In this document: piece after piece, positions 63,234 to 64,000 of the stretch
How positions within the stretch are numbered: the stretch's first letter is position 1
Layout: each line of letters starts with the position of its first letter
Assembly: GCF_000315625.1 (NCBI RefSeq)
Contig: NW_005434472.1
Span: forward strand, 1-64,000
Direction: 5' to 3'
Origin: Guillardia theta CCMP2712
Lineage: Eukaryota > Protista > Cryptophyta
Length of the DNA: 64,000 nucleotides
Translations under genes and position numbers: made by a program
Notes under the pieces: generated by a model
Seen by the model: only the letters and a program-made list of their open reading frames with translations
What the model was told of the DNA's origin: nothing
The model's database searches: none

Positions 63234-64000
63234 TCAGAAGTTGCCGGTGGGATGGTTAGGCAGCAGGGCAGCTGCTGGCAAGTCAGTCGGGAGACCTCCA
63301 AGTCTCGAGAGCACTTGAAGGGCTTCAGTCGCTTGCATCCATGCCGCTAGCAACACCCCCTTCCTCCACCTGCTCCACTTCAGGATACCCATCGACAGTC
63401 GTTGCAAGATAGTCACCTGGCCACCCTCCGACGATTCAGAGGACTCCGGTGCAGATTGAGACGTCGCAGTTGGAGGAGACCCTGCGCAGCATCACCAAAG
63501 GACCTTCAGCTCAATCTGTTCTCACCAGTCAACTTGACCCAGCTGTCGTCTATCTTGTCCATCCCGCCGCTGCCGAGGGGGAAGTGGTTGACCAGAACTC
63601 CAGGCTGCCGGTGCAGATGAGTCAGAGTTTGGGGTCGGCAAACAAGACAGAGGCGGACCAGCAGCTCGCACTTGGCGCACATCGATCGCATCTGCTTGAT
63701 GAGATCGCCATCGCAGACGCTCTGGTGCATCGCTATCGACTTTGTGTTCGGGCAAAGCTCCCCCCACGCGTACTCCAGCTCGCTGCACATCATCCTTCCG
63801 GCCTTCTTCTCGCAAGCACACATCGACTGCAAGCAGCGTCAGACCATCATGGCGTAGATGAGCTCCAAGGAGAAGAGCTGAAGAGGGGATCCGTTACAGA
63901 CCTCCTTATCATTCTTGCATGTCTTGTCTGTAGAAGAACCGCACGCATCGAACAGCAACATCCCAACCTCCCAAGCGCGTTGCACCCTGCTGACGATGGT
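63234..64000 (-). CDS. 3' part of a Cys-rich hypothetical gene running off the window
   Basis: Exon-like ORFs 63506-63832 and 63234-63416; convergent with the LysM gene. Confidence 0.35.

Overview
Eukaryotic nuclear DNA: GC-rich and gene-dense, with many 50-100 nt GT-AG introns, microsatellite-filled longer introns and 4 assembly gaps. The style suggests an alga such as a cryptophyte, but that is inference only. About 18 protein genes and 2 tRNA-Glu(CTC) genes in an inverted duplication. Confident calls: PRP43/DHX15, ITPA/HAM1, NSDHL/ERG26-like SDR, HROB-like OB-fold protein, a calpain, an alpha/beta hydrolase and a TIP41/TIPRL gene. Most striking: the TIPRL (PP2A regulator) coding region splices in frame, through a phase-0 GT-AG intron at 30001-30074, into 10 tandem endosulfine/ARPP19-like repeats that each carry RYFDSGD. 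This predicts one polyvalent PP2A-inhibitor fusion protein. Other unusual architectures: a single-domain 6TM voltage-gated channel with an N-terminal PH domain, a TGDGW filter and an EF-hand; a SAWADEE+BAH chromatin reader with filamin/Ig-like C-terminus; a calpain with four C-terminal C4 (half-LIM-like) zinc fingers; a PDZ + coiled-coil + Sfi1-repeat giant with 410-aa higher-order repeats; and a secreted protein with C-terminal LysM-like domains. Exon boundaries were read by eye and all family assignments come from motif recognition, not database searches.
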